Source: Omnitrophica WOR_2 bacterium GWF2_43_52 (GTDB lineage Bacteria > Omnitrophota > Gorgyraeia > Gygaellales > UBA12090). Taken from it: 64,000 bases of DNA. Below the pieces are notes generated by a model. It was given only the letters and a program-made list of their open reading frames with translations. It did no database searches and was not told the DNA's origin. Positions within the stretch are counted from its first letter, which is position 1. Each line of letters begins with the position of its first letter. This document shows positions 20,879-30,585 of this stretch, piece after piece. The position numbers and the translations under genes are program-made. The stretch is from the NCBI GenBank assembly GCA_001805445.1, contig MHGF01000029.1, positions 68,270-132,269 on the forward strand. The letters are read 5' to 3'.

Positions 20879-21913
20879 ATGCCTAAAACAAAAATAATCG
20901 CTACCCTCGGCCCATCGAGTTCAACTGAAACAATTATCCGGAAGATGGTTTTCGCGGGTATGGATGTTGCCCGGCTTAATTTTTCTCATGGCGATACAGC
21001 TGCTCATCAGGCGCGCTTAGATAGTGTTCGCCAGGTCAACCGGAAGTATCGGCGCAGAGTTAAAATTCTTCAGGATTTAGCGGGTAATCGGGTTAGAGTG
21101 GGCAAGCTTAAGGATACAGGGCCTGTTGAGCTCAAGAAGCGGGGAAAACTTTGGCTGCTTAGGAAAGAGATTGTCGGCAGTGATTGCGAGGTTCATCTCG
21201 ACTATAAAGGTTCATTTTTTGATATCCCTGCTGGAGCAGAGATTTTTATCGATGACGGCACTATCAGGCTTAAGGCCAAAAAGGTCTTAAAGGATAAGCT
21301 TCTTGCCGAAGTTATCGCAGGGGGATGGCTGAAAGAGCGAAAGGGAGTCAATATCCCGTTGGCGCGCCTAAAATTCCCGCGTATTACCGAGAAAGATATA
21401 CAGGATATTGGTTTTGGGATTAAGAATAAAGTTGAGTATATTGCCCAGTCTTTTGTTCGGGATAAACAAGATTGCCTGGCAGTAAAAAAACTTTTGAAAG
21501 AAAGGCATCCACAGTGCCTTTTTGCGGCAAAAATAGAATCGCGCATGGCAATAAGGAATATCGATGAGATTATAAAAGCAAGCGATTGTATTCTTATTGC
21601 CCGAGGGGATATGGGGATATGTGTACCTATATGGGAGGTCCCCGTAATCCAGAAAATGATTATAAAGAAATGCAATCAGATGAAGAAACCGGTGATTACC
21701 GCGACCCAGATGCTTGAGCATATGGTGGAATCTCTTCAGCCTACCCGGGCTGAAGTAACCGATGTAGCCAATGCCGTACTCGACGGCACAGATTGTGTGA
21801 TGCTTTCCGCCGAAACCGCCGCGGGCAGGTATCCGGTTGAAGCCGTATGGATGATGAACCAGATTATAAAATATACCGAGCGTTCATCGCTCCCTGTGAA
21901 AATATGCCGCTGA
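20879..21913 (+). CDS. pyk: Pyruvate kinase, short form lacking the C-terminal regulatory domain
   Basis: MPKTKIIATLGPSS and the MLSAETAAGRYP motif. Ends about 20 aa after the A-domain. The next gene (yfiH) starts immediately, so no C-domain is encoded. The track start at 20855 is a TTG inside repeat F. Confidence 0.8.
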   Translation: MPKTKIIATLGPSSSTETIIRKMVFAGMDVARLNFSHGDTAAHQARLDSVRQVNRKYRRRVKILQDLAGNRVRVGKLKDTGPVELKKRGKLWLLRKEIVGSDCEVHLDYKGSFFDIPAGAEIFIDDGTIRLKAKKVLKDKLLAEVIAGGWLKERKGVNIPLARLKFPRITEKDIQDIGFGIKNKVEYIAQSFVRDKQDCLAVKKLLKERHPQCLFAAKIESRMAIRNIDEIIKASDCILIARGDMGICVPIWEVPVIQKMIIKKCNQMKKPVITATQMLEHMVESLQPTRAEVTDVANAVLDGTDCVMLSAETAAGRYPVEAVWMMNQIIKYTERSSLPVKICR

Positions 21914-22650
21914 CAGAGGTTTTGCCGGATACCCCGGGCTACTATATGTTTGATGATTTTAAAGCATATCATTGTCTTGCTGCTTTTAGCAGCGGCAAGC
22001 AGGATTTAGGCTTTCAAAATAATCCTAACCTTAGAAAAAACCGCAGCCAGTTCTTGCAAAAATTAGCAATTCCTTCGCGTGAGCTGGTATGTTTACAGCA
22101 GGTTCACGGGAATAATGTTTTTGTGGCTACGAAAAAAGACAAAGGGCATGGCGCTTATGATTATGCTTTGGCGATTCCAGGTTATGACGGGATAATTACC
22201 GCGGAGCCTCAGTTACCTCTTGCAGTCTTTACCGCGGATTGCCTTTCTGTTTTTATGCTTGATACCGAGAAGAGAGTGGCAGCGGTATTACATTCCGGCT
22301 GGAGAGGGACAAGAGATAATATTGTAGGGGTTACCCTTGATATCATGAGCAGTAAATTCTCAAGCCGGGTGGAAAACATCATCTGCGGTTTAGGCCCGGG
22401 CATTCGCTCGTGCTGTTACGAAGTAGGCACTGAGTTTAAGGGATATTTCTCTCAAGGGTTACTTAAAAGAAAAGGTAAAATCTTCTTGGATCTGGCGCGG
22501 ACCAACCTTTCGCAATTACGCGGTGCCGGGATAAAACCAGAGCATCTCTATGACTGCGGTATATGCACCTGTTGCCGGAGGGATTTCTTTTCTTACCGCC
22601 GCGACGGCCAGGCCGCGGGAAGAATGATGTCGGTGATTATGTTAGAGTAA
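21904..22650 (+). CDS. yfiH: YfiH/PgeF laccase-domain protein (purine nucleoside phosphorylase-like)
   Basis: The HSGWRGT motif and the C-terminal CTCC...FFSYRRDG are typical of the DUF152/YfiH family. Start chosen at the ATG overlapping the pyk stop and is uncertain. Confidence 0.7.
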   Translation: MPLTEVLPDTPGYYMFDDFKAYHCLAAFSSGKQDLGFQNNPNLRKNRSQFLQKLAIPSRELVCLQQVHGNNVFVATKKDKGHGAYDYALAIPGYDGIITAEPQLPLAVFTADCLSVFMLDTEKRVAAVLHSGWRGTRDNIVGVTLDIMSSKFSSRVENIICGLGPGIRSCCYEVGTEFKGYFSQGLLKRKGKIFLDLARTNLSQLRGAGIKPEHLYDCGICTCCRRDFFSYRRDGQAAGRMMSVIMLE

Positions 22651-22668
22651 GAGAAAGGATACTGAGAG

Positions 22669-22745
22669 GTCAATAGCCGATAGTCTATAGTCAATAAAAA
22701 CGATAGACCATAGACTATTGACAATAGACCTGCAACTATTGATTT
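22669..22745. repeat. Fold-back k-mer array family C, copy 2
   Basis: ggtcaatagccgatagtctatagtcaataaaaacgatagaccatagactattgacaatagacctgcaactattga. Confidence 0.7.
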
Positions 22746-22771
22746 TTAAAATTTAAAATATAGGAGAAGCA

Positions 22772-23248
22772 ATGGCAAAGATACTGTTAGCCTATTATTC
22801 ACAAAGCGGGCATACCAAGAAAATGGCTGAGTTTATTTTTGAAGGCATGAAAAAGGAAAGTGTTGATGTGGTTTTGAAGAATGTGGAAGATATCAAGGTT
22901 GATGAGCTTTTGGATTATCAGGGCATTGTCTTTGGCTCTCCTGTCTATTACGGCTCAATGGCAGCCGCCATAAAGAAGCTTTTTGACGACTCGGTTAAGT
23001 TCCATACAAAATTAGACGGGCGGGTCGGCGGTGCCTTTGCCTCAAGCGCTAATATCGGAGGAGGCAATGAAACCACTATCCTGGATATCTTGAATGCCAT
23101 GCTTATTCATGGTATGATAATTCAAGGTGACCCTAAAGGAGACCATTATGGCCCTGTGTCAATCGGTATGCCTGACGAGCGTTCACAGAAGCAGTGCCTG
23201 CGCTATGGAGAAAGAATAGCCCGATTAGTGAAGAAGGTGTTCCCATAA
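22772..23248 (+). CDS. Flavodoxin-like FMN-binding protein (WrbA/NADPH-dependent FMN reductase family)
   Basis: KILLAYYSQSGHTKKMAE flavodoxin-type phosphate-binding loop. 158 aa. Confidence 0.75.
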   Translation: MAKILLAYYSQSGHTKKMAEFIFEGMKKESVDVVLKNVEDIKVDELLDYQGIVFGSPVYYGSMAAAIKKLFDDSVKFHTKLDGRVGGAFASSANIGGGNETTILDILNAMLIHGMIIQGDPKGDHYGPVSIGMPDERSQKQCLRYGERIARLVKKVFP

Positions 23249-23261
23249 AGAGCGGGGTAGT

Positions 23262-23410
23262 AACACGTTAAAAGCGGATATCGGGTGATTAGGATATCGG
23301 GATTTGGGTATCAGGAGATTAGGGGATTGGGAATATTTGCTTTTATTTTTGTTCCTAATATCCTGATATCCTAATTACCAGATCCTAATTTCCTGATTAC
23401 CTAATCTTCG
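23262..23410. repeat. Fold-back k-mer array family A, copy 3
   Basis: gttaaaagcggatatcgggtgattaggatatcgggatttgggtatcaggagattaggggattggg ... cctaatatcctgatatcctaattaccagatcctaatttcctgattacctaatc. The first 30 bp are identical to copy 4 at 62.0 kb. Confidence 0.8.
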
Positions 23411-23446
23411 TATAGAGGATAGTTAATTTCACAGAGGAGGATAGTT

Positions 23447-23680
23447 ATGCATATCGTAACCGTGTATTCTACCCCCAATTGCCCGTATTGCGTGCGTTTA
23501 AAAGCACATTTGAGCCAACAAGGGATTGCTTTTACCAATCTTGATGTTTCTGTGGATAAGGTTAGTTTGGATAAGATGATAGAAATTTCCGGACAGATGG
23601 GTGTTCCGGTAATCGATATTGACGGCCAGATTGTGGTGGGGTTTGAGAAAGAGAAGATCGATAATTTGTTAGCCAGTTAG
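23447..23680 (+). CDS. Glutaredoxin-like protein (NrdH/Grx family)
   Basis: 77 aa with a CPYC active site and thioredoxin-fold spacing. Confidence 0.75.
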   Translation: MHIVTVYSTPNCPYCVRLKAHLSQQGIAFTNLDVSVDKVSLDKMIEISGQMGVPVIDIDGQIVVGFEKEKIDNLLAS

Positions 23681-23742
23681 CCGGTTTGCGGGTTAACCGG
23701 TTTACCCGCAAACCCGTTAACCAATTTTATATTTTATTTTAA

Positions 23743-24054
23743 ATGTATATTGTTATCTTCGTTACTGCAGGTTCAAAAGAAGAAGCGCAAAAAATAATTC
23801 AAGGCTTACTTCAGGAGAAATTAGTTGCCTGTGGCACTATAATTGATGGGGCAGAGTCTCATTTTTGGTGGCAGGGAAAGATCGATCAGGCAAAAGAAAC
23901 ACTGCTTATCCTAAAAACAAGAAAAGCCTTGTTTCCCAAAGTAGTAAAGAAAGTGAAGTCTTTGCATAGCTATGAGGTCCCGGAAATTATAGCCTTGCCG
24001 ATTGTTGCGGGCAATAAGCAGTATCTAGAGTGGATTGATGAATCTACAAGGTAA
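23743..24054 (+). CDS. cutA: Divalent-cation tolerance protein CutA
   Basis: 103 aa. The IVIFVTAGSKEEAQKI...VACG...YEVPEI pattern of the CutA1 family. Confidence 0.8.
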   Translation: MYIVIFVTAGSKEEAQKIIQGLLQEKLVACGTIIDGAESHFWWQGKIDQAKETLLILKTRKALFPKVVKKVKSLHSYEVPEIIALPIVAGNKQYLEWIDESTR

Positions 24055-24709
24055 TTTTCTCGATTACATAGGCGCATTCTTGGGAGGATTAGTAGTAAGT
24101 TTTTCTCCCTGTGTGTATCCTCTCATCCCTGTAGTTTTGGGTATTATAGGAGCAAAAGGCGCAGGGAGCCACGTAAAAGGTTTCTATTTAAGCTTAGTCT
24201 ATGTTCTTGGCCTTGCGGTTACGTATTCTGTATTAGGGCTTATTGCCGCGCTTACAGGGAGATTATTTGGCCAGATTTCAAGCCATCCCCTTTCTTTTTT
24301 GGTTGTAGGCAATATTTGTATTATTGCCGGGTTATCTTTTCTTGATGTTATACCTTTGAATTTTCCGGGTATTCATCTGGAGGGTAAAGTTAAACACACA
24401 GGTACTTATTTTTCCGCATTTTTGCTTGGGCTTGTTTCCGGACTTGGCGTGGGATCTTGTACTGCTCCAATGCTGGGGGTAATACTCAACTATGTCGCAA
24501 TTAAGCAAAATCTGGTTTATGGCGCAAGCCTTTTATTTGTTTTTGCATGTGGCGTCGGTTTTTTATTAATTTTGGTGGGGGCATTTAGCTCATTATTAGT
24601 TAATTTACCGAGATCAGGAAAATGGCTTATGCACATAAAGAAAACCTGTGGCTTTATTCTGATTGCTATCGGCGAGTATTTCCTTATAAAAGCGGGGAGG
24701 TTTATGTGA
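24035..24709 (+). CDS. ccdA: Cytochrome c-type biogenesis / thiol-disulfide transporter CcdA (DsbD TM domain)
   Basis: Six TM helices with conserved Cys in TM1 (FSPCVYPLIP) and TM4 (GSCTAPMLG). Confidence 0.8.
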   Translation: MMNLQGNFLDYIGAFLGGLVVSFSPCVYPLIPVVLGIIGAKGAGSHVKGFYLSLVYVLGLAVTYSVLGLIAALTGRLFGQISSHPLSFLVVGNICIIAGLSFLDVIPLNFPGIHLEGKVKHTGTYFSAFLLGLVSGLGVGSCTAPMLGVILNYVAIKQNLVYGASLLFVFACGVGFLLILVGAFSSLLVNLPRSGKWLMHIKKTCGFILIAIGEYFLIKAGRFM

Positions 24710-25329
24710 AGAAAGAAGTATTTTTAAATATTGGGTTGATAGTAACGCTACAGTTTATCCTTTCTTCTTGCAGCGGAACCGTTAAAACGCAACCTTCTGC
24801 TCAAGGGGAGGTTAAGGAGAGTGTTCCGATAAGCAAGGCACTTGAGGTTCCTTCTGTCCCTGAAGCTGTTTCTTTTGTTTCTCAGCCAGTCAAAGATGTT
24901 TTTCCTGCCCCTGTTATAAGGAAGCAGGGTGTCTTTGAAACCCTTGATTTTACCATTAGTGATTTGGATGGTAAACAGGTTAGTTTAAGCGATTTTGCGG
25001 GTAAACCTGTAATATTATTCTTTTGGGCGGTCTGGTGTCCTTTTTGTACTGAAGAATTGCCGCATCTTCAAAAGCAGTATCCGAATATCAAAGCCAAGGG
25101 GATAGAAGTGCTGGCAATCGATATTAATGATTCTCCCGAACGGCTTAAAAAATTTCTGAGTAGGCGTGCTATAACGTTGCCTGTTCTTATGGATGAAAAA
25201 AGTCACGTTGCAACAGCGTATAAAGTAATTGGTATCCCTACCTATGTTTTAATTAATGCCAATGGTGAGATACAGTTCCATGGCAATATCCTTCCTGACA
25301 CATATCTTGAGCTCTTAGCCGAGAAATAA
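24706..25329 (+). CDS. Thioredoxin-like lipoprotein (TlpA/ResA family thiol-disulfide oxidoreductase)
   Basis: WCPFC active site and a lipobox LSSC after a signal peptide. A GTG start overlapping the ccdA stop is chosen; the longer track ORF overlaps ccdA by 88 bp. Confidence 0.75.
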   Translation: MKKEVFLNIGLIVTLQFILSSCSGTVKTQPSAQGEVKESVPISKALEVPSVPEAVSFVSQPVKDVFPAPVIRKQGVFETLDFTISDLDGKQVSLSDFAGKPVILFFWAVWCPFCTEELPHLQKQYPNIKAKGIEVLAIDINDSPERLKKFLSRRAITLPVLMDEKSHVATAYKVIGIPTYVLINANGEIQFHGNILPDTYLELLAEK

Positions 25330-25330
25330 T

Positions 25331-26695
25331 ATGCGCCGTTTGAGCCTTTTGCTTGACCTCTACGAGCTTACCATGGCGGCAAGCTTTTTTGAGCAGAAGG
25401 TAAGGCTCCAGGCGACCTTTGACCTTTTTGTCCGCACACTGCCTGAAAACCGTTCTTTTTTTGTTGCTGCGGGCTTAGAAAATGCCCTGAAATTCCTCGA
25501 AGGATTTTCCTTTAGCCCGCAGGATATCGATTTCTTAAAGCAAAAAGGAATTTTTAAGGACGCCTTCCTTGATTATTTAAAAACCTTGCGCTTTACCGGA
25601 AGCGTCCACGGCTTACCTGAGGGGACAGTATTCTTTCCTAATGAACCGCTGATACGGATAACCGCTCCTATCATTGAGGCGCAACTGGTCGAAAGCTGTC
25701 TCCTGAATACATGTAATGTCGCGACGACGCTTTGTTCCAAAGCTTCCCGGGTGGTAGTGGCTGCTAAAGGAAGGGGTGTTTATGATTTTTCTCTGCGCCG
25801 TACTCAAGGAGCGGACGCGGCAATGGCTGCGTCACGCTCAAGCTATATCGCGGGCTGTTGCGGAACTTCAAATACCCTGGCAGGTTTGACCTACGGCATT
25901 CCTGTTGCCGGCACTATGGCGCATTCGTTTGTGCTGTCCTTTAAGTCAGAATTAGAAAGCTTTCGCGCCTATGCCTCTACGTTTCCTGATACTACAACAC
26001 TTTTAGTTGATACCTATGATTATTATAGGGGTGTTGCCAACGCGATTACCGTGGCGAAGGAATTAGAGGTAAAGGGGCATGCCTTAAAAGCTATACGGCT
26101 CGATAGCGGAGATTTAGCCGCGATTTCAAAACGCGCGCGGAGAGTGTTAAATGAAGCAGGTTTATCCCATGTCAAAATCTTAGCTAGCGGTAACCTTGAT
26201 GAATTTAAAATCGGAAAATTAATCGCGCGGGGCGCGAAGATAGATGTTTTTGGGGTAGGTACAAATATGGGTGTTTCAAGCGATGCGCCTTATTTGGATG
26301 TGATCTACAAATTAAGCCAAATAAGCGACACCAAAGGCAGGGTAAGCCCTGTGATGAAACTGAGTAAAGAAAAAGTGACCTATCCGGGCATAAAACAGGT
26401 TTTTCGCGTCTACACCAAGAAAGGCCTTTACCAGAAAGATAGTATTGGCTTGGAAGGAGAAAAGGTTGAGGGCAAGCCCTTACTTGAAAAGGTTATGGAA
26501 CGTGGTAAAATAACAATTGTTTATCCGTCCTTGGAGAAGATAAGAAGCTTTGCCGCGGATAACCTTAAGGCGCTTCCTACGAAATACAAAAACTTGAAAG
26601 GCCGGATACGCTATCCTGTAATCTTGAGCCGCTCTTTACAACGAATGATCGTAAAGGTAAGAAAGGCCAGTAGCAGTAAGAGCGCAAAGGTATGA
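25331..26695 (+). CDS. pncB: Nicotinate phosphoribosyltransferase
   Basis: 454 aa. LYELTMA N-terminus, GTMAHSFV motif, GNLDEF...GVGT. Confidence 0.85.
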   Translation: MRRLSLLLDLYELTMAASFFEQKVRLQATFDLFVRTLPENRSFFVAAGLENALKFLEGFSFSPQDIDFLKQKGIFKDAFLDYLKTLRFTGSVHGLPEGTVFFPNEPLIRITAPIIEAQLVESCLLNTCNVATTLCSKASRVVVAAKGRGVYDFSLRRTQGADAAMAASRSSYIAGCCGTSNTLAGLTYGIPVAGTMAHSFVLSFKSELESFRAYASTFPDTTTLLVDTYDYYRGVANAITVAKELEVKGHALKAIRLDSGDLAAISKRARRVLNEAGLSHVKILASGNLDEFKIGKLIARGAKIDVFGVGTNMGVSSDAPYLDVIYKLSQISDTKGRVSPVMKLSKEKVTYPGIKQVFRVYTKKGLYQKDSIGLEGEKVEGKPLLEKVMERGKITIVYPSLEKIRSFAADNLKALPTKYKNLKGRIRYPVILSRSLQRMIVKVRKASSSKSAKV

Positions 26696-27312
26696 AAGAA
26701 ATAGTTTTTATTGATATTGATACCCAGGTTGATTTTGTGCTTCCTTATGGGAAACTCTACGTCCCGGGCGCGGAAACGCTTATTCCTCATTTCAAGGCTT
26801 TAACCGCGATTGCCCGTAAGAATGACATTCAGATCATTTCCTCCGTAGATACCCATATAAAAAATGACCCTGAATTTAAGCAATTTCCCGCGCACTGTGT
26901 CGTAGGAAGCAAGGGACAGAAGAAAATACCCCAGACGTTGCTTAAAAGGCGCCTCTTTATCCCTGCTACTATTATCAAAAAGAAAGAATTGTTACGCAGG
27001 ATTAAAGGCTATAAGCAGCTTATAGTACAAAAAGACAATATATACATTTTTATGGATTTAAACCTGTTGCGGATACTTAAACCTTTTAAAGCTGCCTTTG
27101 TGTATGGCGTGGCCTTGGATTATTGTGTAAGAGCGGCAGTTTTGGATTTGCTTCGGGCAGGGCTTACGGTAAACATAATAGTGGATGCGGTCCAAGCAAT
27201 CCAGTATCAAGAGGGTAAAATATTCTTGGCTCAATTGAAAAAGTATGGCGTGAAATTAATCAGAACAAAAGATGCCCTATCGGAAATTAAAAAGTATGAG
27301 TATGCGCAATAA
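26692..27312 (+). CDS. pncA: Isochorismatase-family hydrolase, probable nicotinamidase
   Basis: D...K...C catalytic triad arrangement (DTQVDF ... ALDYCV). Translationally coupled to pncB (ATGA overlap). Confidence 0.7.
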   Translation: MKEIVFIDIDTQVDFVLPYGKLYVPGAETLIPHFKALTAIARKNDIQIISSVDTHIKNDPEFKQFPAHCVVGSKGQKKIPQTLLKRRLFIPATIIKKKELLRRIKGYKQLIVQKDNIYIFMDLNLLRILKPFKAAFVYGVALDYCVRAAVLDLLRAGLTVNIIVDAVQAIQYQEGKIFLAQLKKYGVKLIRTKDALSEIKKYEYAQ

Positions 27313-30300
27313 GCCTCACTACTATCTTAACCAAGAAGGAACATTTGTCATTGAGAATTACCATATGGCAAAACCCTTTTCCAGTTTCTTTCCCGGCATT
27401 GCCGGAGTATGGGGAATTCCTTTATGGGCATTTTATGTGAATAGGGGCCAGGCAATAGCGAGCTTTGGGATAAAAGATAAGGATCATCCGATTCTTGAAT
27501 TTTATCCCGCGAATAAGGCCTATCAATTCACCTCACTATTGGGTTTCCGCACTTTTATTAAAATAGCTAAGGGCAAAAAAGATATTTTTTACGATGCGTT
27601 CCATAATGGGGCAAGCTCGCTCTGTTTTGATATAGAAAATAAAATGTATATCAATGCATCAGAGCTTAAACTCAAAGAGCTCAATCGTACGCTTGGATTA
27701 GAAGTTGAGGTGGAGTATTTTTCTATTCCTAACGATAATTACGCGGCCCTCGCAAGAAGGCTTTTCGTGAGGAATGTTTCAAAACATACGGCAGCACTTG
27801 AATTCTTAGACGGCCTGCCGCAGATTATTCCCTATGGGATGAATACCTTTTTATTGAAGGAGATGTCCCGGACTATCGAGGCATGGATGGATGTGGAAAA
27901 TCTTGAGAATGGCATTGCCTATCTGCGCCTAAGGCAAGACCCCGCGGATAGGCCTGAAGTAGCGCATATCAGCGAGGGGAATTTTTACGCGGCATTTGAT
28001 GGCCAATCGTTAATTGCCCCGATAGTAGACCCGCGGCTCATTTTCGGCAGTGTCAGTGATTTTACGTATCCGCAAAGCTTTATGTCTAAGGCTGCCTTTC
28101 GGTATCCTCACAAACAGCTTACTACCAGCCGCACACCTTGCAGTTTCGCGTATCGCGCGATAAAACTTAAGCCACACCAAGTGTACAGCCTGTATTCTTT
28201 AATCGGTAGCATGGACAGCCTGCAGAAACTGAAGCTTAATGCCAAGCGAATTACCTCAAAGGACTATTTTTTCCGGAAGCAGGCGGAAAACAGAAAGGTT
28301 ATCACTGACATAGAGAGTGTGGTGGAGACTCACTCTTCCTCAAAAAGCCTTGATTTTTATACCCGTCAGAATTTCCTGGATAATGTGCTGCGGGGAGGAT
28401 GCCCCGTAGCCATGGATACGAAAAGTGGAAAAATAAATATCCAGCTTTTTTCGCGTAAACACGGTGACCCTGAGCGGGATTACAATAGGTTTCTGCTTGA
28501 GCCAACCTATTTGTCTCAGGGCAACGGCAATTATCGTGATGCCAATCAGAATAGAAGAAGCGATATTTGGTTTAATCCCGCGGTTAAAGAATCTGGGCTT
28601 TTTACTTTCTTTAACCTCCTGCAGGCAGATGGCTATAATCCTTTGATATTAAAACCGGATCAATTTTTGTTTCAAGGCAGGCCAGAATCCTTCAACAGGT
28701 TTTTTAAGAGCGAAGATGCCAAAAAAGTAAAAAAACTTCTGGAGAAACCTTTCACTCCCGGTGAACTCTTCTTTTTTATTGAGCATACGCTCTTTAAAGG
28801 GCTGAAGGTTTTTGAAAAAAAGGAAGAGTTTTTATCCATTATTTTGGCGCATTCCGCGCGTATCCTTAGCGCGGAGCACGGTGAAGGCTTTTGGATTGAC
28901 CATTGGGCATACTGCCTTGACCTTTTAGAAGCATATATAAGCCTTTATCCTGAGAAGTTACAGCATATTCTTGTGGAACATAAAGAATTCACCTTTTTCG
29001 ATAATAGTGAAGTCTTAAGGCCAAGAAGTGAGAGATATGTTGTAAAAGACGCTAAGGTGTTCCAGTATCATTCGGTAGTCAATAACCATGCCAAACTCGC
29101 GATGATTAAGAAACGCGGCAGCCTTGCTCACGTAATGCGCGCGCGGCGCGGGCAAGGGGATATCTATAAGACAAGCTTATTCGTTAAAATGCTTGTGGTC
29201 ATTGCCAATAAATTTTCCAGCCTTGACCCTTGTGGCGTAGGGGTGGAGATGGAAGCCAACAAGCCTAATTGGTACGATGCCTTAAATGGACTTCCAGGGC
29301 TTTTAGGCTCATCAACCTGTGAAACCTTTGAATTAAAACGGTGGCTTATTTTTATAAAAGAAAATCTCGCGAACATGGCGCTAGGAAACGGTTATAGTAT
29401 TTTGTTGCCTGTTGAGGCCTATGATTTATTGCGTGGTTTAGGCATTCTCGCGCGGTCTGAAGTAAACGAGTATGATTTTTGGGATAAGTCTCACGCGTTA
29501 AGGGAAGAATACCTGAAAAGAACCCTCATGGGTTTTGAGGGGCAGGAGATAGCCGTTTCTCTCTCTGAAGTAGATTCTATTGCGGAGAGTTTCTTGAAGA
29601 AAATAGACTCCGGACTAAAGAAGGCTTATGATACAACGCGCAAACTGTATTTTTCTTACTTTATTAATGAGGTTACGGAATACGAGAACGTAGAGGCTCA
29701 TGAGCATGGCCATTGTGTAAAGCCAAAAGAATTCAGCCAAAAGCCCTTGCCGTTATTCTTAGAAGGCATCGTGCATTCTTTAAGGGTTACTGAGGATCAG
29801 GCGGAGGCAAAGAAAATATTCCAATCTGTGCGCGGTAGCCCGCTCTATGATAGGAAATTAAGAATGTATAAGGTGAACGCGCCCCTTAAGGATATGCCTG
29901 AGGAAATCGGCCGCTGCCGCGTGTTTACCCCGGGCTGGCTTGAGAATGAATCTATCTGGCTGCATATGGAGTATAAGTACATTTTAGAACTGTTAAAAAA
30001 CGGGCTGTATGATGAATTCTTTGAAGATTTCAAAAATGTGCTCATTCCTTTTCAGAATCCTGAGCGTTATGGAAGAAGTATTTTAGAAAATTCTTCTTTT
30101 CTGGTTTCCAGCGCTTTCCCGGATGAAACATTACATGGCAACGGCTTTGTGGCCCGTTTAAGCGGCTCAACCGCGGAATTTATCAGTATCTGGCTTCTTA
30201 TGTGCGTGGGCAAGAAGCCCTTTTATCTGGATAAAGATAAGAAGCTTTGTTTAGAATTTAAACCTGCCTTGCCTTCGTGGCTCTTTAGCCAAAAAGCGCA

Positions 30301-30535
30301 AAACGGCCTTCCTAAAAATACCTTCGCCTTTAAATTCCTTACTAAAACCCTCGTGGTGTATCATAATCAAAAACGCAAAGACACCTTTGGCCCTCAAGCG
30401 GCAAAAATGAAAGAAATAACGATAACGTATGGTGATACCACTGCCTCTGTTATAGCCGCATCCGTTATTTCATCCCCAGCGGCTCAAAATATCCGAGAAG
30501 GCAAGGCCTCGCGGATAGATATAGTGCTGTCTTAA
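27302..30535 (+). CDS. Large (alpha/alpha)6-barrel glycoside phosphorylase/hydrolase-like protein, GH94 superfamily-like (size fits GH149/GH161-type beta-glucan phosphorylases)
   Basis: NWYDALNGLPG resembles the GH94 DWNDALN motif. WLENESIWLHMEYKYILELL resembles the ENGGxxxHAxxW catalytic segment. About 1080 aa. Start ambiguous: three in-frame ATGs at 27272, 27296 and 27302; 27302 is chosen. Confidence 0.5.
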   Translation: MRNKPHYYLNQEGTFVIENYHMAKPFSSFFPGIAGVWGIPLWAFYVNRGQAIASFGIKDKDHPILEFYPANKAYQFTSLLGFRTFIKIAKGKKDIFYDAFHNGASSLCFDIENKMYINASELKLKELNRTLGLEVEVEYFSIPNDNYAALARRLFVRNVSKHTAALEFLDGLPQIIPYGMNTFLLKEMSRTIEAWMDVENLENGIAYLRLRQDPADRPEVAHISEGNFYAAFDGQSLIAPIVDPRLIFGSVSDFTYPQSFMSKAAFRYPHKQLTTSRTPCSFAYRAIKLKPHQVYSLYSLIGSMDSLQKLKLNAKRITSKDYFFRKQAENRKVITDIESVVETHSSSKSLDFYTRQNFLDNVLRGGCPVAMDTKSGKINIQLFSRKHGDPERDYNRFLLEPTYLSQGNGNYRDANQNRRSDIWFNPAVKESGLFTFFNLLQADGYNPLILKPDQFLFQGRPESFNRFFKSEDAKKVKKLLEKPFTPGELFFFIEHTLFKGLKVFEKKEEFLSIILAHSARILSAEHGEGFWIDHWAYCLDLLEAYISLYPEKLQHILVEHKEFTFFDNSEVLRPRSERYVVKDAKVFQYHSVVNNHAKLAMIKKRGSLAHVMRARRGQGDIYKTSLFVKMLVVIANKFSSLDPCGVGVEMEANKPNWYDALNGLPGLLGSSTCETFELKRWLIFIKENLANMALGNGYSILLPVEAYDLLRGLGILARSEVNEYDFWDKSHALREEYLKRTLMGFEGQEIAVSLSEVDSIAESFLKKIDSGLKKAYDTTRKLYFSYFINEVTEYENVEAHEHGHCVKPKEFSQKPLPLFLEGIVHSLRVTEDQAEAKKIFQSVRGSPLYDRKLRMYKVNAPLKDMPEEIGRCRVFTPGWLENESIWLHMEYKYILELLKNGLYDEFFEDFKNVLIPFQNPERYGRSILENSSFLVSSAFPDETLHGNGFVARLSGSTAEFISIWLLMCVGKKPFYLDKDKKLCLEFKPALPSWLFSQKAQNGLPKNTFAFKFLTKTLVVYHNQKRKDTFGPQAAKMKEITITYGDTTASVIAASVISSPAAQNIREGKASRIDIVLS

Positions 30536-30543
30536 AAAAAACA

Positions 30544-30566
30544 AAAAAGGGGACGGGTTCATTTTT
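30544..30566. repeat. REP-like inverted repeat, left flank of RAYT
   Basis: aaaaaaggggacgggttcattttt. Perfect reverse complement of 31294-31317. Confidence 0.8.
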
Positions 30567-30585
30567 CTTTATAAAATTTCTGCTT

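Noticed and set aside
21847-21903. Upstream extension of yfiH (track start 21847) overlapping pyk by 66 bp
   Set aside because: The extension overlaps the pyk 3' end and is not YfiH-like. The ATG at 21904 overlaps the pyk stop in the usual coupled manner. The start remains uncertain.
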